From Candidatus Collierbacteria bacterium RIFOXYD2_FULL_45_13 (GTDB lineage: Bacteria; Patescibacteriota; Microgenomatia; UBA1400; MFAQ01), in the NCBI GenBank assembly GCA_001774685.1, contig MFAS01000001.1, positions 801,444-865,443 on the forward strand: a stretch of 64,000 nucleotides of DNA, given 5' to 3'. Shown here piece by piece: positions 1-12,255 of the stretch. The notes below the pieces were generated by a model. It ran no database searches and was not told where the DNA came from. It saw nothing but the letters and a program-made list of their open reading frames with translations. The translations under genes and the position numbers were made by a program. Every line of letters begins with the position of its first letter. The stretch's first letter is position 1.

Positions 1-377
1 ATCTTATAGCCGGTTCTTTTCTGAAAGAAATCCACTGTCGACAGCTCTTCCGGCTTGACCATCACCATACTCAGAGTTCCTGCTTGTTTGTCCAGATCGA
101 AGGGAATCACTTGATAGCTTTTAGCCAAGTCCACCGACACTAAAGATAGCAACTCCGGACTAATAGAAACCTTATTCTCCGAAAAATAGGGGATATTGAG
201 AACTTTCGCTCTAGCTTGAGACAAATCTTCTTCGCCAACGATCCTTCTTTCCATCAGCAAGTCAGCCAACTTTTTTCCCATCGTCAAGGCCTCAACCCTC
301 AGGCTCTCGGCCTTATCTGCCGCCAACTTGCCGGAAGATATCAAAAAATCCAGCAGAGCCTTCTCTTGATAATCCAT
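1..377 (-). CDS. Type IV pilus / type II secretion assembly ATPase (PilB/GspE family), 5' part only; the gene continues beyond the window start
   Basis: Reverse-strand translation from the ATG at 377 gives MDYQEKALLDFLISSGKLAADKAESLRVEALTMGKKLADLLMERRIVGEEDLSQARAKVLNIPYFSENKVSISPELLSLVSVDLAKSYQVIPFDLDKQAGTLSMVMVKPEELSTVDF... This is a typical GSPII_E N-terminal domain, and the reading frame stays open to position 1. Confidence 0.55.
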   Translation of the reverse strand, partial: MDYQEKALLDFLISSGKLAADKAESLRVEALTMGKKLADLLMERRIVGEEDLSQARAKVLNIPYFSENKVSISPELLSLVSVDLAKSYQVIPFDLDKQAGTLSMVMVKPEELSTVDFFQKRTGYK

Positions 378-403
378 ACCTTAAATATAACAAAAAAGGT
401 TCG

Positions 404-1045
404 TCAATGCGCACTTTTAATGATTCGCCACGAACTGATGAGAAAGTTGTCCATTATCAACTTTTTATTTATATTTGTTTGTTTCAACTCGGCCAGACTG
501 CTAATGGCTAAGTCCAAGATCAACAACCTTTTGGGGGTTATTTCATTCAGGAAACTGGCCTGAAGCTTTCTTATAACTTCTTCCATAACCGGAATGGCTC
601 TTTCTTTCTCCAACTTGTCAACAAAGGCAATGCAGGCGGACGGTCCACTACTCCAACATTTTCTTATCTCATCCCAACTTTCATCCACCGGAGACGAATC
701 TTGGTTTAGATAAATTACAACTCCTCTGGATAAAATGGTTGGTAATAACAAGTTTTCGTTTTCCACCGCCAACACCAAATTCATTTGGTCACCCAACTCT
801 TCCATTGGTTTAAGAAGTACCGCTTGACACTCAGGACTCATCTCCTCCGCATCCCAAATAATTATCGAGTATTTGGGTGAGGAGGTCATGATGTTTATTC
901 CTGAAGATAGCCACGATCTAAGATCGTCCAGTTTCGCCGTCGTACCCTCATAACTCATCACCATACTTTCGACAAGTGACAATTTGGTTAGTAGTTTCTT
1001 TCTTTCGTCAAAGAAACCCACTGCTATTTTTGGTAACATATACAT
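404..1045 (-). CDS. DNA polymerase III delta'-like subunit (HolB-like), lacking a recognisable P-loop N-terminus
   Basis: The 213-aa protein contains YSIIIWDAEEMSPECQAVLLKPMEELGDQMNLVLAVENENLLLPTILSRGVVIYL. This matches the delta' sensor region (LLKTLEEP ... TIxSRC), but no GxxGxGKT Walker A motif is present. Confidence 0.5.
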   Translation of the reverse strand: MYMLPKIAVGFFDERKKLLTKLSLVESMVMSYEGTTAKLDDLRSWLSSGINIMTSSPKYSIIIWDAEEMSPECQAVLLKPMEELGDQMNLVLAVENENLLLPTILSRGVVIYLNQDSSPVDESWDEIRKCWSSGPSACIAFVDKLEKERAIPVMEEVIRKLQASFLNEITPKRLLILDLAISSLAELKQTNINKKLIMDNFLISSWRIIKSAH

Positions 1046-1116
1046 ATTCTAAAGCATGAGTTAAAATGAACCCGCGCGTGCTCCACGAAATGTACAAAGT
1101 AGAATCTTATATATAA

Positions 1117-3111
<1,995 letters not shown>

Positions 3112-3114
3112 CCT

Positions 3115-4050
3115 ATGAAAACCTACGTTTTTGGACACATCAAACCGGACTTGGACTCCGCCGTCGCCGCCCTTTCCTTTGCGGAATACAGAAAACAAAT
3201 GGGGGATGTAGACGTTATTCCCGCCATGAGTGGAGTAGCCAACCCCGAAACGGCATTTGTCTTTAATAAATTCCAGCAATCTCTGCCACAACAAATTACC
3301 TCGGCGGAGATTCTTCCCGATGACCATATCGTTTTAGTTGATCACAACGAAACCGACCAAAGAATCGAAAACCTTAATCAGGAGCAGATTATTGCGATTT
3401 ACGATCACCACACTGTTTACCTCAATCTCACCCATCCAATTGAGATCATTGTTCTGCCTTTGGGTTCCTCAAATACGATAGCTTGGAAATTATTCAAACA
3501 AAATAACTTAGTTATTCCTCAAAACATTGCTGCCCTAATGCTCTGTGCCATTTTGTCTGACACGGTCGGCCTTAAGTCGTCCACCACTACCGAAACAGAT
3601 AAATTAGCCGTCGCAGATTTGTCGGCTGTATCAAACATTTCAGATATAAACAGTCTAACTCTCGACATTTTTAAAGCCAAATCCAATGTCTCCGCTCTTT
3701 CGGATGAACAAGTAGTTTTAAATGATTACAAAATTTTTGACTTCGGCAAAAAAGTCCTCATCGGTCAGCTGGAAACCGTGGAGCAGGATGTACTACTGAG
3801 TAACAGAAAACAGGGACTTATTCAAGCTCTTCAATTAATTAAAGACCGTGAAGGGGTTGACTTTCTAATCCTGGCTGTTACGGATATTCTAAAAGTTAAT
3901 ACCAAGTTATTAGTCAGTGGAGCGGGAGAGATAGACTTGATTCAAAAAGCCTTCGATGGTACCGTTCAAGAAAATATTCTTGACATCGGTCCCAAAATGT
4001 CCCGCAAAAAAGATATTGCTCCCGCGATCGAAAAAGCCTTAATACAATAA
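3115..4050 (+). CDS. ppaC: Manganese-dependent inorganic pyrophosphatase (family II, DHH-DHHA2)
   Basis: The N-terminus reads MKTYVFGHIKPDLDSAVAA (DHH motif I). Further motifs are VLVDHNE, DHH, ILSDTVGLKSSTTTETD and the C-terminal GPKMSRKKDIAP, which resembles the DHHA2 SRKKQ motif of PpaC. The length of 311 aa also fits. Confidence 0.75.
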   Translation: MKTYVFGHIKPDLDSAVAALSFAEYRKQMGDVDVIPAMSGVANPETAFVFNKFQQSLPQQITSAEILPDDHIVLVDHNETDQRIENLNQEQIIAIYDHHTVYLNLTHPIEIIVLPLGSSNTIAWKLFKQNNLVIPQNIAALMLCAILSDTVGLKSSTTTETDKLAVADLSAVSNISDINSLTLDIFKAKSNVSALSDEQVVLNDYKIFDFGKKVLIGQLETVEQDVLLSNRKQGLIQALQLIKDREGVDFLILAVTDILKVNTKLLVSGAGEIDLIQKAFDGTVQENILDIGPKMSRKKDIAPAIEKALIQ

Positions 4051-4060
4051 ATAAACAACC

Positions 4061-6688
4061 ATGGACGAAAATCAAAACCTAGACCCGGAACAAGAAATCA
4101 CAGCCTCAGTTTCCGTACCGAATGAACAGACACAATGGGGTCTCATCAGAATCACTCCCATTATTGAAGAAATGGAGCGGTCCTATTTGGACTACGCTAT
4201 GTCAGTTATCGTGGCTCGCGCTCTACCAGACGTCCGAGATGGTCTAAAGCCAGTTCACCGTCGTATTCTTTTCGCCATGAAAGAGATGGGGCTCACTCAC
4301 AAAAGCGCTTACAAGAAGTCAGCACGTATCGTGGGAGAAGTTCTGGGAAAATATCATCCTCACGGTGATCAGGCTGTTTATCAGACCATGGTCCGCCTGG
4401 CTCAAACTTTTTCCATGCGTTATCCACTCATTGACGGTCAAGGAAACTTTGGCTCTATTGACGGTGACTCCGCCGCCGCCATGCGTTACACCGAAGCACG
4501 CTTAAGCAAAATTGCGGGTGAAGCTCTTGAAGATATCGACAAGAGAACTGTAGATTTAATCGACAATTTCGATGGTTCTCAGCAAGAGCCCACGGTTTTA
4601 CCGGCCAAGTTGCCCAACCTTCTGCTCATGGGTTCGGACGGTATTGCGGTTGGTATGGCTACTAAGATTCCTCCACACAATCTACTCGAAGTTGTCGACG
4701 CGATCAAAAACTTGATCGACAAAAGCACCGCTACTGTTACCAAACAATACCCGGATGTAGAACTTGTTTCAGCGCCTTACCGTGACCTCATCGGCAATTT
4801 GGAATCCATTGTGGAGATAGAGGAACTTTGTAAACACATCAAGGGACCGGATTTCCCCACTGCCGGCATTATCTACGATACAAACGAAATCAAGAAACTC
4901 TACGCTACCGGCAAGGCAAGCATTATTGTCAGAGGCGTCGCTGAAATTGTCGAAAAGAAGAGTGGCCGTTTCCAGATTCTGATTACCGAACTCCCATATC
5001 AAGTCAATAAGGCTAAACTCATTACCAATATCGCTGAATTAGTCAAAAAGAAAAGACTGGAAGGCATTGCCGATCTCAGAGATGAATCCGACCGTCAGGG
5101 TATGACTGTCGCTATCGATCTCAAAAAGGACGCCAAACCGAAAAGTGTTCTCAACAACCTTTATAAGTTCACAGAGCTTCAAACCAGTTTCCCAGCCAAC
5201 GTCGTGGCTCTGACTTCAGACGGAACTCCTCATCTCTTGAACCTTAAACAAATTTTGATGGAGTACACTGCCCACCGACAGGGGGTGATCGTCCGTCGTA
5301 GTCAATTTGAGCTCAAAACAGCCCAAGACCGCGCCCATATTTTAGAAGGGCTATTGATTGCTCTCAAAAACATCGATGATGTTATTGAGACCATCAAGAA
5401 AAGTCCTGACAGCGAAACCGCCAAAACCAATCTTATGTCCAAGTTTGGATTATCGGAGATCCAATCCATCGCCATTTTGGACATGCAACTCCGAAAACTG
5501 GCCGCCCTCGAAAGACAAAAAATCGAAGCCGAATATCAGGAACTTAAGAAACAAATTGAGAAACTGGTCTCCATTCTCAAAGATCCCAAGCAAGTTCTTC
5601 AAATTATCAAAGATGAGATCACCAAACTGGCTGTCGACTATCCGGAAAAAAGAAAAACCAAGATCGTCGCCAATGCCCCGGGTACTTTCTCCGAAGAAGA
5701 TCTTATACCGGCCGAGGAAACCATTGTCGCTCTTACAAAATCCGGCTACATCAAGCGCATGCCACTCGCTACCTTCAAAACCCAAAAGAGGGGAGGCAAA
5801 GGAGTTTCCGGCATGACCATCAAAGACACCGACGAGATTCATCTGTTAACCAACGCCAACACCCACGATCGGTTATTGGTGTTCTCCAGTAAAGGCAAGG
5901 TATTCTCGCTTAAAGTTTGGGAACTGCCAGAAGGCAGTCGCATCAGCAAGGGTCAGGCCATTATCAATCTCATCAATATCGATACGGATGAAACCATTCA
6001 GTCGATTTTGCCCCTTACTGCACAAATCAACAAAAACGACTGTCTCTTCTTTACCACCAAAAAAGGTATCGTCAAACGAACCGTCCTCAGTAAGTACGAA
6101 AATATTAAAAGCAACGGACTGATCGCTATCAAGCTGACCGATCAAGATAGTCTTGTCTGGGTGAATAAAACATCCGGTAGCGACCACATTCTTCTGGTCA
6201 GCCGCGACGGCAAATCCATTCGCTTCAAAGAAAGTGACGTTCGCCCAACAGACAGAGATACCATGGGTGTTCGCGGCATCCTGCTCAAGGGTGATGACTA
6301 CATAATCTCCATGGAGTCATTTGCTGAAGCCGAACCAGTATCAACCGATAAAAGAATCAAGCTATTTCGAGATCTTCTGGTAGTCACCGAAAAAGGCATG
6401 GGTAAACGGACTCCGATTCCTGAGTACCCGGTCCAGAATCGATCGGGACAGGGGCTCAAGGTTAGCGAAACTGCCGACAAAACCGGAAAAATCGCCGGGG
6501 CTCTACTCGTCGACCAGGATTCGGAAGTTGTTCTTATCACCACGTCCCAAGGCCAGGCCATCAAACTGCCGGTCAGAAACATCCCGAGACTCGGACGCGC
6601 TACCCAAGGTGTTATTCTCATGCGCTTCGCCAAAGAAGGGGACAGTATCGTTGCTGTCACCGTCGTTTCCGAATCCGAAGAAGAGTAA
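4061..6688 (+). CDS. gyrA: DNA gyrase subunit A
   Basis: The 875-aa protein contains [25 protein letters not shown], the active-site region [11 protein letters not shown] and a C-terminal beta-pinwheel repeat region. Confidence 0.97.
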   Translation: MDENQNLDPEQEITASVSVPNEQTQWGLIRITPIIEEMERSYLDYAMSVIVARALPDVRDGLKPVHRRILFAMKEMGLTHKSAYKKSARIVGEVLGKYHPHGDQAVYQTMVRLAQTFSMRYPLIDGQGNFGSIDGDSAAAMRYTEARLSKIAGEALEDIDKRTVDLIDNFDGSQQEPTVLPAKLPNLLLMGSDGIAVGMATKIPPHNLLEVVDAIKNLIDKSTATVTKQYPDVELVSAPYRDLIGNLESIVEIEELCKHIKGPDFPTAGIIYDTNEIKKLYATGKASIIVRGVAEIVEKKSGRFQILITELPYQVNKAKLITNIAELVKKKRLEGIADLRDESDRQGMTVAIDLKKDAKPKSVLNNLYKFTELQTSFPANVVALTSDGTPHLLNLKQILMEYTAHRQGVIVRRSQFELKTAQDRAHILEGLLIALKNIDDVIETIKKSPDSETAKTNLMSKFGLSEIQSIAILDMQLRKLAALERQKIEAEYQELKKQIEKLVSILKDPKQVLQIIKDEITKLAVDYPEKRKTKIVANAPGTFSEEDLIPAEETIVALTKSGYIKRMPLATFKTQKRGGKGVSGMTIKDTDEIHLLTNANTHDRLLVFSSKGKVFSLKVWELPEGSRISKGQAIINLINIDTDETIQSILPLTAQINKNDCLFFTTKKGIVKRTVLSKYENIKSNGLIAIKLTDQDSLVWVNKTSGSDHILLVSRDGKSIRFKESDVRPTDRDTMGVRGILLKGDDYIISMESFAEAEPVSTDKRIKLFRDLLVVTEKGMGKRTPIPEYPVQNRSGQGLKVSETADKTGKIAGALLVDQDSEVVLITTSQGQAIKLPVRNIPRLGRATQGVILMRFAKEGDSIVAVTVVSESEEE

Positions 6689-6694
6689 CAGCAG

Positions 6695-7207
6695 ATGAAT
6701 ATCAAAGAGTACGAGTCAACTCTCGGAGAGCCTCTGAGACAAGCCACTATCACCTTTTTGTTGACCGAAAAACAGATTTTATTAGCCCTCAAAAAGAGGG
6801 GATTTGGTCAGGGAAAGTGGAACGGTACCGGGGGCAAACCCAAAGAGGCGGAGGATGTTTTGTCCGCCGCTATCAGAGAAACACAAGAAGAGGTTAACGT
6901 CACTCCGGAGAAATTAGAGTTGGTGGCGATCATCAATTTCTATTTTCCCTTTGTGCCCAAGGATAAAAACTGGAACCAACAAGTCTGTGTTTATCTTTCA
7001 AGGAAGTGGCAGGGTACACCACAAGAAACGGAAGAAATGAAACCCGCCTGGTTTCCCCTTGATAACATTCCCTACTCGGAAATGTGGTGGGATGACGAAA
7101 TTTGGTTGCCTTTGGTGCTATCCGGGAAAAAAATATTGGCAGGATTTATGTTTGACGAAAACGAAAAAATTATCGACCAAGTAGTTGAAGAACGAGAAAA
7201 TTTTTGA
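6695..7207 (+). CDS. NUDIX hydrolase (MutT-like)
   Basis: NUDIX box GGKPKEAEDVLSAAIRETQEEVNV, matching Gx5Ex7REUxEExGU. The gene ends with a TGA stop. Confidence 0.75.
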   Translation: MNIKEYESTLGEPLRQATITFLLTEKQILLALKKRGFGQGKWNGTGGKPKEAEDVLSAAIRETQEEVNVTPEKLELVAIINFYFPFVPKDKNWNQQVCVYLSRKWQGTPQETEEMKPAWFPLDNIPYSEMWWDDEIWLPLVLSGKKILAGFMFDENEKIIDQVVEERENF

Positions 7208-7296
7208 GGGGTTGAGTATACTTGCGAAATCCCGAGTATTTCGAGGGGCAAAGACCAATATAAATTGTAACAGAAAAAAAGATAGGCCTTGTTTTT

Positions 7297-8997
7297 GTGG
7301 ATATCACCATCCATTATTACTTCATGAAATATATTTTTGTTTCCGGTGGAGTGGTTAGTGGTTTAGGGAAGGGGATTACTTCAGCCAGCATTGGTCTCTT
7401 GCTAAAAAATCTCGGCGTTTCGGTTACCAATGTCAAGATCGATATGTATCTCAATGTAGACGCCGGTACCATCCGCCCACAAGAACACGGTGAGGTTTTT
7501 GTCACAGAAGACGGTGTGGAAACAGACCAGGATTTAGGTAATTATGAGCGTTTTACCGGGGAATCCTTACTACGAGATAATTACCTCACTACGGGCCAAA
7601 TATATAAAACGGTCATCGATCGAGAAAGAGCGTTTGGCTATGAGGGAGAAGATGTCGAAGCCGTTCCCCACGTAACTGACGAAATTCTCCGCCGACTGGA
7701 AAGTGCCGGTAAAAACACGCACGCTAAAGTGGTCATTGTCGAACTCGGGGGAACAGTAGGAGAGTATCAAAACGGCATCTTCTTCGAAGCAAGCCGAATT
7801 CTTAAACTCCGTCAACCAAAAGACGTTGTGCAAATTCACGTTACTTATTTACCCTTTCTCAAAAACATAGGTGAGCTCAAAAGCAAACCTGCCCAGCAAT
7901 CCACCCACCTCTTAAACGCCATGGGGATTCAGCCTGACTTCTTGGTGGCCAGAAGTGAAAAAGAAATCGACCAAAAACGAAAGGAAAAATTGGCTATATT
8001 TTGTAACCTACAAGACGCAGACATTATTGGCGCTCCAGACCTTGAAAGTGTTTATGACGTACCTGAATATATGGCTAAACAAAGCTTTGGGGAAAAAATA
8101 GCCAAGAAACTTAAAATAAGAATCAAAAAAGACCATCTATTATCCGCTTGGAAAAAATTCAGCCTTCTTAGTCACCGAACAAAACAGGAGGTCAAAATCG
8201 CCATGGTCGGCAAGTACTTCACCACTGGTGATTACAAACTTTCAGATTCCTATATCTCCGTCATTGAAGCAATTAAGCAAGCTTCCTGGACTCAGGGAGT
8301 CAAGCCGATTCTAGACTGGATCGACAGTGAAGACATGGAAAATAAAATCATTGATTTAGGCATCTATCACGGAATTATTGTCCCTCAAGGATGGGGGGGT
8401 AGGGGTACCGAAGGGAAACTTCTCGCAGTTAGGCAAGCCAGAGAGAAAAGGATTCCATACTTAGGGCTTTGCTTTGGTATGCAAATGGCTGTTATCGAGT
8501 TTGCCCGCAACGTCGCAAATCTCAAAGGAGCAAACTCTACCGAAGCCGATTCGCAAACTGCACACCCAGTCATCCATGTTATGCCTGAACAAGCCGAGTA
8601 TCTGGCCAAAAAACAGTATGGTGGGACCATTCGACTTGGCTCGTGGCCAGCCGTTCTAAAAAATGGATCTACGATCAAAGTCGCTTACAAAAAATATACA
8701 ACGGACAAATCTTCACCGTGGCTCAAAGGAAAAGATTTCCAAAACAAATCTACCATCTACGAAAGGCATCGCCACCGCTACGAGTTTAATAATGAGTATC
8801 GAGAACAGCTGGAAAAAACTGGGCTGATTATTAGCGGGCTTTCTCCCGATGGACAGCTGGTAGAGTCCATTGAGCTTTCCAACCACCCTTTCTTTGTCGG
8901 CACTCAATTCCACCCGGAATACATCGCCCGCCCTCTCACCCCACATCCATTATTTCTCGCCTTCATCTCCGCCTGCAGGCACAAGAAAACCCCATAA
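7297..8997 (+). CDS. pyrG: CTP synthase
   Basis: The 566-aa protein starts KYIFVSGGVVSGLGKGITSASIG. Its glutamine amidotransferase domain contains GLCFGMQ and a HRHRYEFN-type region. Confidence 0.97.
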   Translation: MDITIHYYFMKYIFVSGGVVSGLGKGITSASIGLLLKNLGVSVTNVKIDMYLNVDAGTIRPQEHGEVFVTEDGVETDQDLGNYERFTGESLLRDNYLTTGQIYKTVIDRERAFGYEGEDVEAVPHVTDEILRRLESAGKNTHAKVVIVELGGTVGEYQNGIFFEASRILKLRQPKDVVQIHVTYLPFLKNIGELKSKPAQQSTHLLNAMGIQPDFLVARSEKEIDQKRKEKLAIFCNLQDADIIGAPDLESVYDVPEYMAKQSFGEKIAKKLKIRIKKDHLLSAWKKFSLLSHRTKQEVKIAMVGKYFTTGDYKLSDSYISVIEAIKQASWTQGVKPILDWIDSEDMENKIIDLGIYHGIIVPQGWGGRGTEGKLLAVRQAREKRIPYLGLCFGMQMAVIEFARNVANLKGANSTEADSQTAHPVIHVMPEQAEYLAKKQYGGTIRLGSWPAVLKNGSTIKVAYKKYTTDKSSPWLKGKDFQNKSTIYERHRHRYEFNNEYREQLEKTGLIISGLSPDGQLVESIELSNHPFFVGTQFHPEYIARPLTPHPLFLAFISACRHKKTP

Positions 8998-9043
8998 CAT
9001 TGACAAGACGACCCTGAGGGGATAAAATTCCCCAAAATCTATT

Positions 9044-9310
9044 TTGGAGGTTACCTTGACAAATATTGTATTGTGGATCGTCGTTGCCGGATTTGTCTGG
9101 ATCGAATGGAATCACCGTGCCAAAAAGGATGGCAAGCGAGAAGCCACAAAGGCCATGCTCTTTGCCGGATGTGTCTTTTTGGTTGGAGTTGTCGCCATGC
9201 ACTATGGTGGAGTAGTGGGCTTGTTAATCTTGAGCTCCTTTTTACTCCTCACTCTCATTGGTCTTTTCATCTACCGTAATCGTCAATTCAGAAGCAACAC
9301 TCCTGAATGA
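9044..9310 (+). CDS. Small membrane protein (2-3 predicted transmembrane segments), hypothetical
   Basis: The ORF is hydrophobic (LWIVVAGFVWIEW..., LFAGCVFLVGVVAMHYGGVVGLLILSSFLLLTLIGLFIY), ends in a TGA stop, and is followed by a hairpin at 9355. Confidence 0.4.
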   Translation: MEVTLTNIVLWIVVAGFVWIEWNHRAKKDGKREATKAMLFAGCVFLVGVVAMHYGGVVGLLILSSFLLLTLIGLFIYRNRQFRSNTPE

Positions 9311-9387
9311 TTTCTACCTCGAAATCCACCCATATGGGTGGATTTTTTTGCCCAAAAAAACTCCGGCCCAAAGACCGGAGAGGTGAA

Positions 9388-9666
9388 TTAATCGATCTGC
9401 TCTACCACAACAGCAACCAAGAGCAAAGCCCACAGACAGGCTGCGTTTAGGGTCATATATATAGCGGCGGCTACAGCTAAACTGCATAGACAGGCTACAA
9501 ACCCAGCCGGCAGTTTGTTGTTGCAACCACGAACATTCTGGACCACAACAGCTACTGCAAGCAAGCCCCAAAGCGAACCGGCCGTTTGGGTAAAATAGAG
9601 TGCCACTCCGACAGCGGCCAAACCGCCCAAAACAGCCAAGACGTATCCCAATTCAGACTTAAACAT
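9388..9666 (-). CDS. Small membrane protein, hypothetical (start trimmed to MFKSELGY)
   Basis: Hydrophobic ORF. The internal ATG at 9666 is preceded by GGAGG. A bidirectional hairpin at 9355-9385 sits between this gene and the convergent upstream gene. Confidence 0.4.
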   Translation of the reverse strand: MFKSELGYVLAVLGGLAAVGVALYFTQTAGSLWGLLAVAVVVQNVRGCNNKLPAGFVACLCSLAVAAAIYMTLNAACLWALLLVAVVVEQID

Positions 9667-9736
9667 ATTGCCTCCAGCGGGGAAAAATTGTAAATTACAA
9701 ATCCTATAATACCACAACCGCCCTCATAGTCAAGCC

Positions 9737-10684
9737 CTATTTCAAGAATTTATCATGGATTTGCTTCAGTTGGGGATTGGTCACGTGAGTATAGATTTGG
9801 GTCGTTGCTACGTTTTTGTGACCCAACATTTCTTGCACGCTGCGCAGGTCCGCTCCTTGCTGGAGTAGGGTAGTGGCAAAGCTATGGCGAAGCACGTGTG
9901 GGCTCACCTTAATCGGCAAACCCGCTGATCGCCGATATTTCTCCACAATTCTCTGGATCCCTCTTATCGACAGCCTGGCCTTCTCATTGCCCATAGTTGG
10001 ATCCCAGTCACCGCTTTTGGGAACCCGCACCCACAAAGCTCTAAATGGATCTGTCCGGGCCGATAGATATCGACCCAACCATTGAGTGGCCCTCTCCGAC
10101 AAGAAAACCAGTCTCATTCTTCGACCCTTCCCCAAGATCCCGAACTCTCTCTCCTTCAAATCAATTTTATCAATATCCAGCTTGGCGAGTTCCGAAACAC
10201 GCAACCCTGTACTAAACAGCACTTCCAAAATAGTTCTATCACGCAGACCGCTGATATTTGAAGTATCCGGAGCCACGAGAAGTCTCTCCACCTGCTCCCG
10301 ATCTAGAAATTTTATTTGATGTTCTCCCGGCTTCGGTAGGTCCACTTTTTCCGCCGATAAAGTTTTTACCCCTTTTTTTGCGCAATATTTCAAAAACGCT
10401 CTCAGAGCGATGACGTAATAACTCTGCGTGGTAGGGGAGAGTCTCTTACCCTCTTTTGTCTCATATCTGGCCAAAAACAATCGATATTTACGAACCATCT
10501 CGCTAGTTAGTTTTTCTATATATTCCTGCTCGTAATGCTTCTCGAACCATTTGCGGAACATTCCCAGATAGTGAGAGTAGTTCCGTATCGTGAACTTGGA
10601 GTAGTTTTTCTCTACCTCAATAAAGCTCAGATATCGCTTAATCAAGATTCTAAGCCCTAAATCGTTTACCGGTTTTTTAACCAC
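9737..10684 (-). CDS. Tyrosine site-specific recombinase, XerC/XerD family
   Basis: The C-terminus reads HVLRHSFATTLLQQGADLRSVQEMLGHKNVATTQIYTHV (R..H..R..Y catalytic signature). The N-terminal SYYVIALRAFLKY core-binding domain is present, and the 315-aa length is typical of chromosomal Xer recombinases. Confidence 0.85.
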   Translation of the reverse strand: MVKKPVNDLGLRILIKRYLSFIEVEKNYSKFTIRNYSHYLGMFRKWFEKHYEQEYIEKLTSEMVRKYRLFLARYETKEGKRLSPTTQSYYVIALRAFLKYCAKKGVKTLSAEKVDLPKPGEHQIKFLDREQVERLLVAPDTSNISGLRDRTILEVLFSTGLRVSELAKLDIDKIDLKEREFGILGKGRRMRLVFLSERATQWLGRYLSARTDPFRALWVRVPKSGDWDPTMGNEKARLSIRGIQRIVEKYRRSAGLPIKVSPHVLRHSFATTLLQQGADLRSVQEMLGHKNVATTQIYTHVTNPQLKQIHDKFLK

Positions 10685-10815
10685 AATCCATCATACCAAA
10701 TTATTGTGCGACACCGATTCGGGCAGGGGAATATCCCATAGCCTTGACAGGCCGCAAAACCTAACTATAATATATCAAAGCTCTTTGATTCCATATGCTA
10801 TTTAGGAGGTAGAAC

Positions 10816-11313
10816 ATGAAACTCGAGCACGAACATGGTCAAGGTCTGGTCGAATACGCTTTGATCTTAGTGTTGGTTGGCATTTCCGTCATTGTCATTC
10901 TCCAGTTTCTTGGTCCCGTAGTTTCCGCAGCTCTGGCTGGTGACCAAACAAGCATCATCTGGCTGGTAATCGGTGGTGGTGTAATCACCCTGATTCTTGG
11001 TGCAGCCTACTACGTGCTCGCCAGATTCGAAAAGTTCTCCGATTCGTACCAAGACGAAGGCAAGGAAAAGACAACCGATAAGACCGAAAAAGGACAAGGT
11101 CTGGCAGAATTTGCCCTCATCGTCCTCCTGGCAGCTATTGTCATCATGGCTGTGTCCATGTGGTATGAGCCAATTGTCACCCTCTTGCTATCCCTGCCCG
11201 TCACTTGGGGCACTGTCATAGGAATCATACTGGTTGGTGGTCTAATATTGGTAGGTCTCGGAGTCGCCATTAACCGTCTATGGAATAAAATCGACAAATA
11301 CCCTTACGAATAA
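10816..11313 (+). CDS. Flp/Fap-type prepilin-like protein with an internal tandem duplication (two G-x-x-x-x-E-Y/F units)
   Basis: Unit 1 reads MKLEHEHGQGLVEYALILVLVGISVIVIL. Unit 2 reads DKTEKGQGLAEFALIVLLAAIVIMAV. Each unit is followed by a second hydrophobic helix. The motif G..(L/V)EYALI matches the Flp pilin N-terminus. Upstream lie a TATAAT-like box and a GGAGG ribosome-binding site. Confidence 0.55.
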   Translation: MKLEHEHGQGLVEYALILVLVGISVIVILQFLGPVVSAALAGDQTSIIWLVIGGGVITLILGAAYYVLARFEKFSDSYQDEGKEKTTDKTEKGQGLAEFALIVLLAAIVIMAVSMWYEPIVTLLLSLPVTWGTVIGIILVGGLILVGLGVAINRLWNKIDKYPYE

Positions 11314-11332
11314 TTCCCTCAAATAAACCCTC

Positions 11333-12187
11333 TCACACGAGAGGGTTTTTAATTATTCCATTGTATGGTTGTTCCGGAGTAATCTTCTTTTGCTCTTCCG
11401 TCAGACCGCAAGGAACTCGATCAACAACGACGACTTCTTTAATTTTCGTCGCCACGGTAAGCCTCCACACAATATTCCTGAGCTGCATTCGATAATATTC
11501 ATCTGCATTTCCTTCCTGAACCCAAGAGCCTCCAGTGCCCCAACAGGCAATTACCAGAAGGCTAGTCGCCGACGGAGGAATTAGTTGTACATCTCTCCCT
11601 GTCAAACGTTGTCTGTTAGACAGCTCCAAGGTTCTATCAAAGAAGTCGTTCTTGGGATATGCAAACATCGCCGCCGTCGGTAAATCCGCGCAAATTAAGA
11701 TTGCAGTCTTGGTCCCCGGTAGTAATAGGGATCTCTCATCAGCCACCAGGTCAAAACTGTTATTTTCTTCTATGGATGCTCCTGATCTTTTGTTTGTTAC
11801 ATCCACAATTTTCCCGCCTTTAATTAATAGCGCACTATTTCTTGGCCTGCCAGAATCTACAAATAGGGGAGTGCCAATAACAAATAGGGTCTTGATTCTC
11901 GTGGCCGAAAACTCCAACATTTCATCCAACCGCTCATTGATCAAGTTGCGGTTTGTTACTAAATCAGTAAAGGCATCACCTGCACAAGTAATTAGCTCCG
12001 GTCCGGCCACGATAGGAGTATCGGGTGACACAAAGTCAATCATTCTCCGGAACTCCTCCCAAGTATTTGCCGACACTCCGACAATTTCCGTTCTATCCAT
12101 CAGAGAATACCGGTGAATTCCGATCTCGCGGTAATATGTCTCCTGAAGCGAAAGGGGAGACAATCTCCCCTCCGGATAGATACTCAT
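11333..12187 (-). CDS. Carbon-nitrogen hydrolase (nitrilase/amidase superfamily)-like protein
   Basis: The 284-aa soluble protein contains TAILICADLPTAAMFAYP, which resembles the catalytic-Cys motif G..ICYE..FPE of CN hydrolases. Assignment is tentative. Confidence 0.35.
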   Translation of the reverse strand: MSIYPEGRLSPLSLQETYYREIGIHRYSLMDRTEIVGVSANTWEEFRRMIDFVSPDTPIVAGPELITCAGDAFTDLVTNRNLINERLDEMLEFSATRIKTLFVIGTPLFVDSGRPRNSALLIKGGKIVDVTNKRSGASIEENNSFDLVADERSLLLPGTKTAILICADLPTAAMFAYPKNDFFDRTLELSNRQRLTGRDVQLIPPSATSLLVIACWGTGGSWVQEGNADEYYRMQLRNIVWRLTVATKIKEVVVVDRVPCGLTEEQKKITPEQPYNGIIKNPLV

Positions 12188-12255
12188 CCGGTAAGTATAT
12201 CAAACCACATCACATACCACTACCCAAAAGCTGGTTTGTTGTCTAAAATAGACAC

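Noticed and set aside
216-563. 115-aa plus-strand ORF.
   Set aside because: It lies antisense to the PilB-like and delta'-like genes and is a low-complexity translation with no ribosome-binding site. It is judged spurious.
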